Assembly: GCA_013239625.1 (NCBI GenBank)
Contig: MU054391.1
Location: forward strand, 3,377,130 to 3,441,129
Direction of reading: 5' to 3'
Origin: Lama guanicoe
Taxonomy: Eukaryota
Length of the DNA: 64,000 nt
Shown here: in pieces, positions 63,690 to 64,000 of the stretch
How positions within the stretch are numbered: the first letter of the stretch is position 1
Layout of the letters: the number at the start of each line of letters is the position of its first letter
Notes under the pieces: model-generated
What the model was told of the DNA's origin: nothing
The model's database searches: none
Seen by the model: the letters and a program-made list of their open reading frames with translations, nothing else
Made by a program: the position numbers and the translations under genes

Positions 63690-64000
63690 CTGAATGGAAA
63701 ATATACTTAACATTTACATAATAATGATAAAATCAATCCCCATGAGCTTCTCATCAACCTTTAGAAACAGACAATTGCCACTAGATTTGAAATCCCTTAT
63801 TTGCACGTCTCATAATATCCCTCCCTCACTCATAACCTGAAATAATTACACCTCTATTTTGTGTAATTCTTCCCTTATTTTTCCTGAGAGATTGATTACA
63901 CAAATAAACCATTATATAATTATAATATTAGTAATTTCCAAGGTTTGACCTTTATACAGTCATAAATATGTGCATTATTCTTTTCATTCTTTTCCTTACA
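63690..64000 (-). mobile_element. Old L1ME-like 3' fragment
   Basis: ataatgataaaatcaatccc..tttgtgtaattcttcccttatt..tttgacctttatac; degenerate. Confidence 0.5.

Noticed and set aside
1..64000. Prokaryotic-style systems (CRISPR arrays, operons, defence islands, prophage)
   Set aside because: The DNA is mammalian and repeat-rich, there is no repeat-spacer array, and the longest listed ORF is 152 aa.

Overview
Mammalian, not prokaryotic, genomic DNA. It is most likely a camelid (alpaca/camel): it carries tRNA-Ala-derived Vic-1-type SINEs and a young artiodactyl-type L1 3' end, and I saw no Alu, B1/B2, Bov-A/BovB or PRE-1 elements. The window reads as intergenic or intronic, and I recognise no intact protein-coding gene, tRNA/rRNA gene or CRISPR array. 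Most of the explainable structure is transposable-element debris: MaLR/ERVL/ERV1 solo LTRs (several with intact TSDs), L1 fragments (two with twin-priming 5' inversions), L2/MIR, and Tigger1/MER63/MER94 DNA transposon MITEs. The non-repeat signals are a CpG island at about 10.55-11.33 kb directly downstream of an LTR16A, a TATA/GC-rich element at about 35.3-36.0 kb, a near-perfect RFX X-box at 6493, and a speculative chain of phase-compatible minus-strand exon candidates at 0.7-3.2 kb that may be a decayed gene. Repeat family names come from my recall of consensus sequences, not from a RepeatMasker/Dfam run, and most repeat boundaries are approximate. I found no convincing evidence of a new biological system; the findings are leads to test.
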